Below, one piece after another: positions 11,805 through 23,001 of a stretch of 64,000 nt of DNA. The notes below the pieces were generated by a model. The model did no database searches and was not told the DNA's origin. It saw only the letters and a program-made list of their open reading frames with translations. The first letter of the stretch is position 1. Each line of letters opens with the position of its first letter. The position numbers and the translations under genes are program-made. Source of the DNA: Selaginella moellendorffii (Eukaryota; Plantae; Lycopodiophyta); assembly GCF_000143415.4 (NCBI RefSeq), contig NW_003314304.1, positions 697,587-761,586 on the forward strand. The letters are read 5' to 3'.

Positions 11805-13172
11805 TTATTTTACTTCATCCTGCGCGTAGTCACTGAGCACCTGCTTCATAGCGTGAAACTTAGGACGGGAGACAGGCATGACAACAGGAAAGCGTCCCTT
11901 GAACCAGTCCAGATCTCGACCACCAAACAGCGATCCCTCACGGTAATGCAGAAAGTTGTGCTGGATAAGGCTGAAGAGTGCCTCCTTCCGGATGACTTGA
12001 CGTAGATCGTTGACGCTGCAAACGCCACCCTCAGCGTCCGTGAGCCTTTTCAACAGCAACTTGAACTCGTCAGGAGTCCACAGAGGCGAGACGCCCTTCA
12101 CCGGATCTTCGGCAAAGGGGATCCCCAGCACAGGCCTCGTCCATTTCTGCGGAAGGTTCTCCGGCTGCATGCCTTCCGCGATCTCTGCCCATGACTTGGC
12201 CTGCATGAATCGTCGAGCTTTCTCCCAGGCTGCCTGCATCTCAGCTTCATCGTTTCCGCACCACGAAAGCTGTCTAGCAATGTGCTTGAGCGAGTTGATC
12301 CTCCCACCAAAGTAGTCGTAAATCTCCTTCCACATCCCGGGTGGTACGTCTCGATCTTTCAGCAGCCCCTTGAAAAACTTGAAGGACTCTTCCTCCGTAA
12401 GATCACCCACGACTCCAACCATATACCTGTCTTTACCGAAATGAGCCTCCATCCAAAACTTGAAGAAGTCCTCCGACGAGCAAAGGATCACGTTAGTGAT
12501 TCCCATCTGCTTGGTAACCATGATCAGCCAGGCCTGGAGAGTCATCAAGTTCTCCTCTTCTGATTCACTAAGGCTCCACTCGTGCAGCCGGTTGGCCTCG
12601 TCGATGATCAGAGTGGGATATCCTCCTTGGCCACGAGAAACGAGCCGAGCAAGCGACGTCCACCCTGCGAACAAGGATTCCAGCGCCTTCAGAAGTCCTT
12701 GCATGTCCGTCCCTTCGACCTTCTCAATAGCATCCATCGCCTCGATCAAATCCTTGAAAAGATGTTTGATGAAGCCGGCTCCTGCCTCCTCTTCGTCTGC
12801 CTCGTCTGCCTTACCTGACTCCATGCTAGCCTTCCCCTCTGTAGAGTTCATCAGCTTCTCCAAGAATTTCCTGGCGGCCGGCACAAAGTTGTACAAAACC
12901 TGCGCCTTCAGCTCCCTCCCAAAGCTGGCCGCCGTGTTGAAAGTGCCGGAGCGCATGTCAATGTGGATCGGAAAAGTATGGTTGTCCCGGCGCTCTCGAA
13001 ACATGAACTCAGCCAGCAGTGCGGACTTGCCTGAATCTGGAGGCCCCGTGACAAGAACCATCGATCCATCCCGAGCCGAAACCATATCCCTGAGACCCTT
13101 CAGCTCTTCTGATCTGTTGAAGAACACCCCTGACGACAACCTGGACGCCCTCCAGAGATTCCTCCTCGCCAT
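11805..13172 (-). CDS. Intronless P-loop ATPase of the archaeal-type ATPase_2/AAA_16 (STAND-related) family, possible mitochondrial presequence
   Basis: 455 aa from the ATG at 13172. FFNRSEEL pre-motif, Walker A GPPDSGKS, Walker B LIIDEANRL, VILCSS, GDLTEEES, FGGRI. Arg/Ser-rich, acid-free N-terminus MARRNLWRASRLSSG. Confidence 0.85.
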   Translation of the reverse strand: MARRNLWRASRLSSGVFFNRSEELKGLRDMVSARDGSMVLVTGPPDSGKSALLAEFMFRERRDNHTFPIHIDMRSGTFNTAASFGRELKAQVLYNFVPAARKFLEKLMNSTEGKASMESGKADEADEEEAGAGFIKHLFKDLIEAMDAIEKVEGTDMQGLLKALESLFAGWTSLARLVSRGQGGYPTLIIDEANRLHEWSLSESEEENLMTLQAWLIMVTKQMGITNVILCSSEDFFKFWMEAHFGKDRYMVGVVGDLTEEESFKFFKGLLKDRDVPPGMWKEIYDYFGGRINSLKHIARQLSWCGNDEAEMQAAWEKARRFMQAKSWAEIAEGMQPENLPQKWTRPVLGIPFAEDPVKGVSPLWTPDEFKLLLKRLTDAEGGVCSVNDLRQVIRKEALFSLIQHNFLHYREGSLFGGRDLDWFKGRFPVVMPVSRPKFHAMKQVLSDYAQDEVK

Positions 13173-13188
13173 CGCCAATGAATGATAC

Positions 13189-13290
13189 GTTTTAGGGTTT
13201 TAGTTTTAGGGTTTATGGGTAACGAAAAACCCTAGTTTTAGGGTTTCTAACGGTCTAAAAGCCACGTGTATATGATCCAACGGTGACGAT
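13189..13290. promoter_or_regulatory. ATPase promoter/5' region: four telo-boxes, two MSA-like AACGG elements and a G-box
   Basis: TTTAGGGTTT at ~13191, ~13205 and ~13237; AAACCCTAG at ~13227; TCTAACGGTC 13246-13255; GCCACGTG 13261-13268; TCCAACGGTG 13276-13285. Confidence 0.6.
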
Positions 13291-14938
13291 TTAGACGTTC
13301 ATTTATATCCGACCTTTCCCCTTGTATATTCAGAAACAATTTATTCTTCATGTTTTTTCTCGTCTAGAATTCACGCCTAGAAACTCGCAATTAAATCTAA
13401 TTTGCCTCTAAAGCTGATTGAATTTGCCCCCGCAGCCTTGGACAAATTCACAACTTTGTCCATGTAGCTAATTCAGTTGTGAAACATATACCAGAATAAA
13501 ATTAATTTAATTTAATTATAACCAGGTTAGCTAAATAACATGTAGTAATAAGTTGGATGTAAACAATATCTTGGATATAATAATAATTTTATTGACAATT
13601 AGAATAAAATTTACGTTTTAGGCAACACTTTCTTTTTCATTTGGGTTTTTAGTGTCTTTCACTTTTCTTTCAGCTACTCTGTTGGGATTTATAGGAAATC
13701 TTTTTCAAATATGCATATGGTGAGTTTTTTATATGTTTTTAAAAAGGTTTTTGGTTTTAAAATCAGAAAAAAATTTAGGAGCTATTGCAGGGTAATTTGT
13801 GATATTTTTACTGGTCTTTTTTTAATTTTATTTTTCATCCTACGTCTTTAGTTTTTAACTTTGCCTATCTCTTTCAACATAGATTTTGTGGTGAGCATCC
13901 TCTCTTTATTAAAATTATGAAGTGTACGATGACTATTAGCTCAGATTTATTTGACAGAAATATCAATGACTGAGATTCAATATCTTATCTTTCATAATCA
14001 GCTCATATTTTATCTTCCATAATCAGTTCATCCTAATCCAAAGCTAAGTAAACAACCATATTAGGATGAACATTATGTCGGATATTTTGAAGTTTTTCTA
14101 TTTTATTTTGTTAACAACACAAATTTTCAGCTTTAAGTTGATGAAGTTATTGAATATTGATTTTGAATATTTTCAGCTCTGGAGTTTCTCCTGTATGAGA
14201 TCTCTCTTCCACTATTTCCGTCACCTACAGTGTTTTTAGGTTTAAAGTTGAAGAATTATTATGAGGATATTGTTTTCAGTTACCATCACCACCGATTTAT
14301 TATCGCCACGTCTTTTTACATCTACGAAGCTTATCTTTTGATAGCAGCACCATGCTTCTTATCTTTTGACATTACTTTAAATTCTAATGTTTTAGTTTCC
14401 TCTCGACTTTATATGTTTTTTATTTTTTTAATTAAGCACTTTTCTGAGTCGGAGGCCCAAGTTAAATTCGAATTTGCTTGTGTCTAAACAAAAACCATGC
14501 ACGAATTGTTTCCTCCTCGACTTTTGTTTTGTGCTCATTGAGCTATATGCTTTAAAGGCTGTATTTAAATTCCTAGCTGAGATATCAGTATAATCCAACT
14601 CACTCTGCTGTTTCATTCAAGTTGAAAGAAGTAACATTTTTCCTGTACAAAGTGGTTGACTGTTCATCTTGCTTTGTGAGGAGCCAATTCTGTGTATTCT
14701 TAATGAGGCAATTTGCATCATGGCACTGAAATTTCCATTATTTTCTTTATAGCTGCAGATTCGTTGAGCTGCTGTCAGAAGAGCTATAGCAATTTTAGCT
14801 TGGAATCATGGCCTGGATGATTGATCGGTTCATCCGCTGCTGCTGCTGTGAATGATCTCCTGGAAGAAGAAGGAAGACGGATTGAACACCTCCGACTGAA
14901 TGGAGAAGGACAGGAACGTTTTTTATGTGTGAATTGGG

Positions 14939-15060
14939 CTTAACTTAAGTTGAGTTAAGGTGGGTCTTATCTTAAAAATTTTTTTTAGGTAAGTGTTTTT
15001 GTTAGCTGAAGTTGCAAAACCTAACGCCATCTTAACTTAAAATAAGTTAAGATGGGCTAG
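14939..15060. repeat. Cluster of short AT-rich hairpins ending in CTAG (possible transposon terminus)
   Basis: CCATCTTAACTTA-AAA-TAAGTTAAGATGG (15027..15055, 13-bp perfect stem), CTTAACT..AGTTAAG, and CTTATCTTAAAAA..TTTTTAGGTAAG. Confidence 0.45.
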
Positions 15061-15064
15061 AATG

Positions 15065-15420
15065 GGCTCACTATCAGAACTCTGTATAGTGACATCCTAG
15101 CAATGTGAACCAATCATCTGTGACACAGGAGTCAAGAAATGTTGTCCACCAACTCTCTTCAGCATACATCGACACTATGGAAGGAAAACAACTATCAGAG
15201 ATTCAGGTAGCAGGTATGTATCTCTACCTCATGTTGTACGCTGACGATCTGTTACTCCTTGCATAACATATGCAATACCAGCTTGACGTAAGAGTGAGAT
15301 GGTAGTACTTCGACAGACAAAGAAGCAAGCCACCATGGATCCGATCAAAGTCTTCTATCGTGGAACACTGAGAGTACAACAATACAAGTACCCGGGATAC
15401 ATCGCCCATGAACGTGACCC
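15065..15420 (+). mobile_element. Degenerate non-LTR retrotransposon (LINE) reverse transcriptase fragment
   Basis: CDTGVKKCCPPTLFSI (compare GVKQGCPLSPTLFSI), LYLMLYADDLLLLA (catalytic YADD) and QQYKYPG (compare YKYLG), broken by stops and frameshifts. Confidence 0.8.
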
Positions 15421-15756
15421 CTGGCATGCTGGAGCAGATGATCGTTTTCGTGCCAGCGCACCCGCAACCACAACATCAGCCATTAGGGAATGAAGCGCGA
15501 AATGCCCCATGCATGCGTTGTATATGGTTTTTTTTCTACATATCTAATAAAAAGTATGATCCATTATCTTCTGTGCAAAACTCGCACTTCCGAAAGGGTT
15601 GCTTTTTGCGTCAAGCTTTCGGTTTTCTGGTCTGCCCGTGTTAAGTCTCCGGATTTCGACAGGCTTAAAAGAAAAAGAAAAAAACAATGTTGTTAAAGCT
15701 GTAGTCTTTTTGGGTAAATCAGATAAATAAACCATACAGAGAAATTTTGATTTAAA

Positions 15757-15760
<4 letters not shown>

Positions 15761-15800
<40 letters not shown>
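15761..15800. repeat. (AT)n microsatellite
   Basis: ATACATAC followed by an (AT) run. Confidence 0.9.
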
Positions 15801-15808
<8 letters not shown>

Positions 15809-16616
15809 TGATTACAAATTTAACCACTAGTTAATCCACAAACCCAAACAGGCACGATCAGAACTCATTACTTTTTTCACATTGGCTTGACAGCTCCAAC
15901 CTCTGAAAGTCTTCATCAAGCAGGGGAACAGTGATGGTCATAACACACCGCATTTCGCCTCCGGCTGCGAATCATCAGCAGTAAGTTACCTTCGAGGATT
16001 CGACGTCTGATGGCGCGGTAGCTGCTTCTACCACTGGGAGGTGGAAGAGCTGGAGAAGGCAATGAGTTTGCTTGCGCTGCAGACGAAACGGGCTTACCAG
16101 CAGCAGCAGGCGACGGTGTTGAGAGGTGCTGGAGTTGCTCAACCAGCTGCAAGGCCTCTCAAGAAAATCAGCAACAAAAGAAAATCACACCCCAATTGTT
16201 TCTACTCACAATTGAAGCATACCATTTCTTCCTTTGCGTGTCATCAGCGTCCACAGCCTCATCCATTTCCAATGTCGCATTGCTCCCTCACTCAACATCT
16301 CTTCTTCCTCCGCCTCCTCCTGAGGCATTTCATACTCGTCCTCTATTTGCTCTTCAGCGCGAACACTGTCGTTACTTCACGGTGAGGAGCTCCAGGGACT
16401 GTAAAACAAACTAAGAATGCGGCATTCGACCAAATAAACAGCAGCTCCGACCAAACAAACGAAGCAGGAAAAACAAAGAAGACTGGCCGATTCTACCAAG
16501 CAAAGCTTCAATGTGGACTAGAGATTGTTGAGCAAGTAGCCGCTTATGGTGCTCTGAAGCGCTTTCGTTGAGCCGGGACGCACACGCAACCCTCGTGAAG
16601 AGGCCGCTGGAGGAGG

Positions 16617-18047
16617 GCAAACAATCTTCGATTCCATGCTTGTGAGAAACGTTGTTTCCTTGACGGCCATGATCACCGGCTATGCCAGCTCGGCCAGTTT
16701 CTAAAAGCCGAGCTCTTGTTCAAGGCCATGCCGGAGAGAAACATAGTGTCATGGACGGCTATGGTGTCTGCATATGCCCAGAACAGGCATTTGCAAGAAG
16801 CTCGCGCCTTGCTCGATTCCATGCCCGAGAAGAACGTCGTCACGTACAACGCGATGATCCAAGCATACGCCGATGCCAGAGAGATCGACGAGGCGAGAGC
16901 TTTGTTCGATCGAATGCCCTCGAGGAACGTTGCGTCGTGGAATGTGATGCTCAAGACTTATGCCGAGGCTGGGCTTGTGGACAAGACGGAGAACTTGTTC
17001 CGGGACATGCCCGAGAAGGACACCGTCTCGTGGAACATCGTGATCCAATCCTACTTCTCCAGCACCAAGATCGAAAAGGCGAGGCAGGCCTTCGCAGAGA
17101 TGCCTCGCCCGGACGTGGTGACTTCCAACATCATGATCGCGGGCTTCGTCCAGAACGGGCATCTGGAAGACGCGAGGAGGATCTTCGACGGGAGGAGCTC
17201 GCAGCTCGACATCGTCTCCTGGAACACGATCATCTCGGCGTACGCGCAGCGGGGAGACTTCGCAGTGGCGCAGGAGCTCTTCGATTCCATGACGCACTGA
17301 ACGAAGATCACTCTCTTCTCGGCATACGCCCAGCACCGCCGTCTCGAGGAGGCCAAGCTTCTCTTCGATCGAATGCCGCACGAAAGGAGCGTAGAGATTT
17401 GGAACGCGCTGGCGGCGGCCTACGTCCACGACTCGCGATTCAACGAGGCCAAGCGATTGTTTGACGAGATGCCCGAGAGAGATGTCTTCTCCTGGACGGG
17501 GATGGTGGCGGCCTACACCACGAGCGGTAACTTGGATCTTGCCAGGAGGATGTTCGACAGCATGCCCGACAAAGATCTTGTCGCCTGGAACTCGATGATT
17601 GCAGCGCACTGTCGTGTCGGGACTGTGGACGACGTGCTGCGCCTCTACACCGGTCTGCTGCTGGCCGGCACTGTCCCCGACGAGGTGACATTCACGACCG
17701 TGCTGGGAGCTTCCAGCCACGCGGGGCTCCTGCGCGAGGGACTGGCTTACTTCGTCTCGATGACGCTCGATCACCGGATCATGCCTTTGCACCGCCACTA
17801 CCGCTGCGTGATCGATCTTCTCGGGAGGTCCGGGCTGCTGCTGGATGCCGAGCAGCTGCTCAAAGGCCTGCCTTACAACTTCGCGGCGGATGACATCGCT
17901 GGAGCGGCGTTCCTGGGAGCTTGCAAGACGCACAGAGACGTCGATCGTGGAGCTCAAGTTGCGAGAGAAGTGATAGATATGGATGCCAAGGATGACACTC
18001 CATATGTGCTTCTCTCCAGCATCTACTCCGGACGAAGAGCTGTGTAG
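16617..18047 (+). pseudogene. 5'-truncated PLS-PPR pseudogene (copy of 3843..5633)
   Basis: Lacks the first ~350 nt. 1-bp deletion near 16685, CGA>TGA stop at 17298-17300, and a 9-bp deletion near 17310. Confidence 0.9.
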
Positions 18048-18922
18048 AAAGATAGTCAGTGGATTGAACATCGATCAATCGGAAAAAGCTTGTACCGGGA
18101 TGACAACAAAAGCCTGTAAATGTGAGAACAAGAAATAGACATCGATACGTGTGTCACGCTACCTAGCGTCGTCATGACTCGGACGTTGTCTTAACTGGCC
18201 CATTCCTCTGCTCCGGAGAGATATCCATCTCGAACACCAAAACTTCATCCGAGACCGGCCGAAGATCCTGTGTTCCACCGTCAAACTGACTACTCTCGCC
18301 ATTTTCCTTGCGTTCGAGACTGTCCAAGTCTACCGCTTCGAGGTCTGATGTAATGCCGACCAGCGTCTGTCTGTCTTCTTCGTCCTCCTCCCTGTCTCGC
18401 TTGGGCCGTGGACCTTCTCGTTCCAGATGCTGGACTTGGTTGGAAGATGTAGCCGTGTCAACCAGGTCCTCGTCCTCACCAAGAACTACTTCGCCATCGC
18501 TGCCGCTGCTGCTACTGCTGCTGCCGCTATCTGCTAAGGAAAAATGTATGTTTTGTCCATCTTCAGTCACGTCTGGATTCGTTTCAAGATCGTCTTGAAA
18601 CGGAAACCATGGTGAGTCCGACCCAAAGAGGCGAGCACTGTAAGCAGTACATGTCAACTCAATGGCTACCAAAAACTAAGCTCGTTTTACTAACCTCTCC
18701 TGCTCGTCGCAAAGGCGAGCAGACTTGATAATCACCTCGGAAGAGTCCTCTTCAAAGAAGGCATCCTGCAAAAGAAAAGTGTAAGTGCAGAGGAAGAAAA
18801 ATGACTAGAAATACCTCTTCCGTGTCGTCGTTATCAAACATGTTGTATCTGAAAACTTTTCTAGTCAAGTTACCAGCCAGCGCAGATATACCATAATCAC
18901 GATCACAAAGGTCATCTTCATC
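16617..18922 (+). repeat. 2.3 kb direct duplication, copy 2 (partner 4193..6506)
   Basis: Near-identical to 4193..6506. Confidence 0.95.
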
Positions 18923-21312
18923 ACTATCCAAGGGTCTGTTGTGGTTTGATATCGGCCGCCTGCAGACAAGCAAGTTAAAACATCACATCAACATGATGTA
19001 CCATCTCAACACAACATAACTCACCCACATGACCATTGGTACACATTTTCTACCGTATTTCGCTCCTGAAGCACCGTGGACTTCCATTTGAGCCAGCTCC
19101 AATTATCCTGAAGATGGATAGCTTAGATCAATGTGTTAGGTGGATCAACAATCAAACACCTGCAAGTATCTCTGGACTTGCTCGTTTTCAGATTGTGTCA
19201 AGCTGTTGGCAATCCGCGTTAGATGTCCAATGTTCCCGACTCTTGGAGGTTGCTTCCTTTCTGATCTTGACTGCACAGATAATGCATGCCATTAACGAAG
19301 ATCACAAAAGTTTAGCTAGCTTACTTCTCGCTGCTGGTCGTGCAGCGTATTCGAAACGTATGGGTCTTTGTCCACTTCAAGCAGCCTTCCTACGAGGTTG
19401 CAATCTCGAAACAAGCTATCGACGACAGTAGAGCTCCCATAATTAATACATGTGAGTAGTACGGTCTCCACATGATGATGCAACATGTTATTAAAGGGAT
19501 AGCTGCACAAAAGACACCCTGCAAAATTAGAAACTGTCAAGCCGTATGCCTCTGCTCTATTGCATTTACGGTTCTCAAAAATTGCATCAAGAAAAATTCA
19601 TACGTACTCGAAGAACAGGTTTAGCAGTCTCTGTAATGCCTTGTGCTGAACCAGAACTTCTCCAACTCTGTCGGGATCTGCTCTTAAGAGAGCGGCAGTG
19701 AACTCCACAATCTGCAAACCAGAAACAGTCAAGACAAATAAATAGTAAATAACACCCTCGCCTTTAGACGATGGGTACCGAATGGCGGCCTTAATATCCC
19801 ATAAGTAGTCGGTAGTGAGGCTTCGTCCTTAGAAACATCCAACACTTTTAGCATTTCGCCTGCACAACACTGAAATAGGTGATAGTCCGAGGACAGTCCA
19901 CTAAACGTACCTAAGGTCTGAAGCATCTCATCTAAAGTCTCTGGGACAACAGTAGACGGCTGCCCCTTCGGTTCCAACAAAGAGATACACACAGACAACG
20001 AGTGCACAAGAATTGCCTTCGAGTTTACGTTTTCCAAGGCCCGAGTGAAAAGCTTTGTCACAAATCTTGAAAAAGCAGAATCTTAGAAGTGCGTTACTAG
20101 ATTAAAAGCGAGAGCATTTACCTCGGACTAGAGAGTTTCAAGGCGAGAGCAGACTGAGGCAATCGCATTACTGTGCACAAAGTGTTCGCAGCATTTGCAT
20201 GGACTTCAGACTTCTTCTCCTGTATTGAAACACGACCTCAGCATTTGAAAAAACGTTTAAAAGGCAGGACTACTTACGGAAGAGCTGAGCTTGTCCACTA
20301 ACATATCAATCAACTCGGTTTCTGCTAGCCATTGGACAGCCTCTGAGTGGTATGTGTAGATTTGGTTATTGGCGCCAACGAGGCGCATCAGAACCTACAG
20401 GCCTAGACTTCTCAACGACAACGTCTCAACGGAGCTGATTTTACCTCCATGATTGAAGTTAATCCAATGTGATCCACCATTTGCTGCAAAACTTCTGTAT
20501 GATTCTGAAAACCAATGCTGCTCAGTTCACGAAAGAGTGGAGCGAGATGATTATAGTCAAATACCTGTATATAATGCATAAGTTCCTCCGTCTTTCTAAC
20601 AAGCAGACCGATAACAATCTAAGATCAAATAAAAACAGTCAAGGATGACAAATTCAGCTTTGAACGTCAACACTTACCCTGGAAAAGTTTCCAGCTTGTT
20701 GATCATCTCGATCATAGTCAGGAACCAGAAAAGAAAAGAGAGACTCCATCAGCTGCGCACAAAACAAAACAGTTCCAGACAAAAGAATTGTTTCCTGGAA
20801 GAAGGAAAGTATAAACTAGAAGAACCTCTTCATCACAGGCCAGCGTTGTCAAGATGTCGTCCACTTCCGAGCTCAGTATCGCACTCGATACAAAAGAGTA
20901 CCTGGGCAAGAGAGAGCGTGTGACAAGACAGACAAAGACGCGAAACTCTATTCTTACTTGTAAGATTTCTCGTCGTCGTGAACTGGCACTACGATGGCGT
21001 ACGAGATCATTTTCTTCATCCGATCCTTGTTCTGGAGGCTACACACACGCACAAACAAACAATGGTCACTCGCTCACTCCACCACAAGAAAAGAAAAAAT
21101 CGAAACGAGAATCGAAGAAAGAGAGCTCACAATTTCATGAGATCTTGGTTGCGGTAGCAGCTCTGGAGCACATCATCCTCGTTGAGAATCTCCTCGAGAG
21201 TGCACTCTTCGCTTTCGAGCATGTTTGGCAGCTGATAGGAGGAATAGGAAGCTTAGCGCGAGGGAATGCAAGAAGGAACACCTACATTCGAGCCCCAGAA
21301 GGAGCCGGCCAT
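18172..21312 (-). CDS. SIT4 phosphatase-associated protein / PP6 regulatory subunit (SAPS domain), multi-exon
   Basis: Start MAGSFWGSN; exon LPNMLESEECTLEEILNEDDVLQSC; IGLTSIME; SEVHANAANTLC; LVHSLSVCISLLEP; TTYGILRPPFGTHRLK; YPFNNMLHHHVE; acidic C-terminus. Many short GT-AG introns. Confidence 0.9.
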
Positions 21313-21590
21313 GGCGCAGACGAGATTCTAGCTCCCAATCATCGACGAGCCTCTTCCCGGGACAAAACCCTAGCTAGATCCCACCTCAAAATGCGCGCCT
21401 CGATCGTGACAAGAACAGGATGAGCAAGCCCGGAAGAGATTCTACCGCGCTGGAGCGTGGATTAGAAGCAAGAAACGCGGCCTTGGGCCGAAAAGGAAGA
21501 AAGCTTTGGAACTAGGCCTAAGAAGAGAAATTTTCGTTTAGGGTTCTTCGCTAGGAACTAGGTAGGAAGGAAATATTCTCGTTCTCGACA
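21313..21590. promoter_or_regulatory. ~280-bp bidirectional promoter (SAPS / PAP2) with telo-boxes and a site II motif
   Basis: AAACCCTAG ~21365, TGGGCC ~21484 and TTAGGGTT ~21538 between divergent ATGs. Confidence 0.55.
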
Positions 21591-22229
21591 ATGCAGCGCG
21601 TCCACGATCTCGACAGCAAGATCTCTCTCTGGATTCACCAGGCCGGCGCCAGGATTCCTCGATTCGTGCTGCGCGTGCTGGAATTCTCCGGCGATGGCGT
21701 CTTCTGGATCGTCGCAATCGCGGCGCTGGCTTTCGCGGCTCCATCCTCGCCCCAGCTCCAGCTCCTGGTGCCCGACCTGATGCTGGGATTCGTGCTGGAT
21801 GTGTTGCTGGTGGCGTCGATCAAGACGATCGTGCGCCGCCCTCGTCCAATCTACAACAAAGGCATGTATGTGATTTCTTCCGTGGATCACTGGTCGTTTC
21901 CCAGCGGCCATTCCTCGCGAGCGCTCTTCATGGCGACCTTCTTTTGGCTCAAGGCCGCGAGCTCCATTTCTTCTTCTTCTTCTTTGCCGCCATCGCCACC
22001 GCGGGCGAGCTTGCTCGAGTTCGTCGTCACGGTGGAATTCTTGGCTCTCTCCTGGGCTGTGGCCACCGCCATCTCTCGAGTTCTCTTGGGGAGACACTAC
22101 GTGATGGATGTGTTCGTTGGCTCGAGCCTGGGAGTTTTGGAGGCGGCGGTGGTGGACAAGTTCTCTCACGCCACGCTGCATCAAGCTTTGAGGAAGAAGC
22201 TCTCGGCCACCACCATCGCTTGGAGGTAG
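21591..22229 (+). CDS. PAP2-family lipid phosphate phosphatase (LPP-beta / presqualene diphosphate phosphatase-like)
   Basis: C1 KTIVRRPRP, C2 SFPSGH and C3 SRVLLGRHYVMDV, with hydrophobic TM segments; intronless. Confidence 0.9.
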   Translation: MQRVHDLDSKISLWIHQAGARIPRFVLRVLEFSGDGVFWIVAIAALAFAAPSSPQLQLLVPDLMLGFVLDVLLVASIKTIVRRPRPIYNKGMYVISSVDHWSFPSGHSSRALFMATFFWLKAASSISSSSSLPPSPPRASLLEFVVTVEFLALSWAVATAISRVLLGRHYVMDVFVGSSLGVLEAAVVDKFSHATLHQALRKKLSATTIAWR

Positions 22230-22330
22230 CGAGAATCTCTACCTCTTCTATAGCTCGCTATTTTCAGAGCATTGAATGAAAGCTTGATACCCTGGAAAAA
22301 CTTTCCAAGGTATTCTTGGAACGGCTGCCT

Positions 22331-22546
22331 TTAGTTATAACAATAGGGCGGCGGTGGTGAAGGTGGTGGCCGTGACGGTGGTGAAGGTGGTGGCGGTGAT
22401 GGTGGCGGAGGTGAGGGTGGAGATGTGGTGGTGATGGTGACGAGGCAGTGATGGTGACAAAAGGGTGGTGCAGACACCCTGACAAGTTCTACTGTTCTAC
22501 CTTGTTGGGTGGCACAAACAAGACCACAAAGAAAATGAGTGTTCAT
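22331..22546 (-). pseudogene. Small Ser-Pro-rich ORF, possibly a remnant paralogue of the neighbouring extensin-like gene
   Basis: SPPPPSPPPPSPPSRPPPSPPPP run; oriented divergently from 23002..23649. Confidence 0.4.
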
Positions 22547-22848
22547 TTTATAGGTGGATCTAATGGTTATAAAAATTGATATAAAGGTAATAGAGCATAT
22601 GTTAAATTGATATAAAAGTCATCTTTAGGCTGAGACTTTTACGCACGAGTTTCTTGCGAGCGAGTCTTCTTCACAGATAGAGAGAGAGTTTGGTTGGGGT
22701 GGCACATCTGTTGAAAAAAATATATATTGCAGGTGTCCTCAGATTGCTCAACGAGAATAAAAAATCCTGCGCGAGACCATGAGATGGCCACGAGGCAGCA
22801 GTATATACTTAGTGGCGCTTCGTGGGAGAGACTAAAGTCGAAGCACAG

Positions 22849-22855
<7 letters not shown>

Positions 22856-22881
<26 letters not shown>
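22856..22881. repeat. (GA)n microsatellite upstream of the extensin-like gene
   Basis: GAGAGA run. Confidence 0.85.
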
Positions 22882-22886
<5 letters not shown>

Positions 22887-23001
22887 AGGGGCAGGCTTTG
22901 GAACTAGGAGGTATTAGACAAGAGCTTGTAGCAAGCTATCGCTCTAGCGCAATTGCCACAATATAGATCCCGGCTTGCGCAGCTCTGGTGGATTCTTGAG
23001 C

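Noticed and set aside
13191-13246. TTTAGGG runs as an interstitial telomere
   Set aside because: Isolated units in both orientations next to an ATG fit telo-boxes, not a telomeric array.
15900-16616. GC-richer block with short ORFs (e.g. 16041..16385)
   Set aside because: No recognisable family or coherent gene model; probably another decayed fragment.
17298-17300. CGA>TGA stop as a possible U-to-C editing target
   Set aside because: This is a nuclear locus that is also 5'-truncated and frameshifted; simple CpG deamination explains it.
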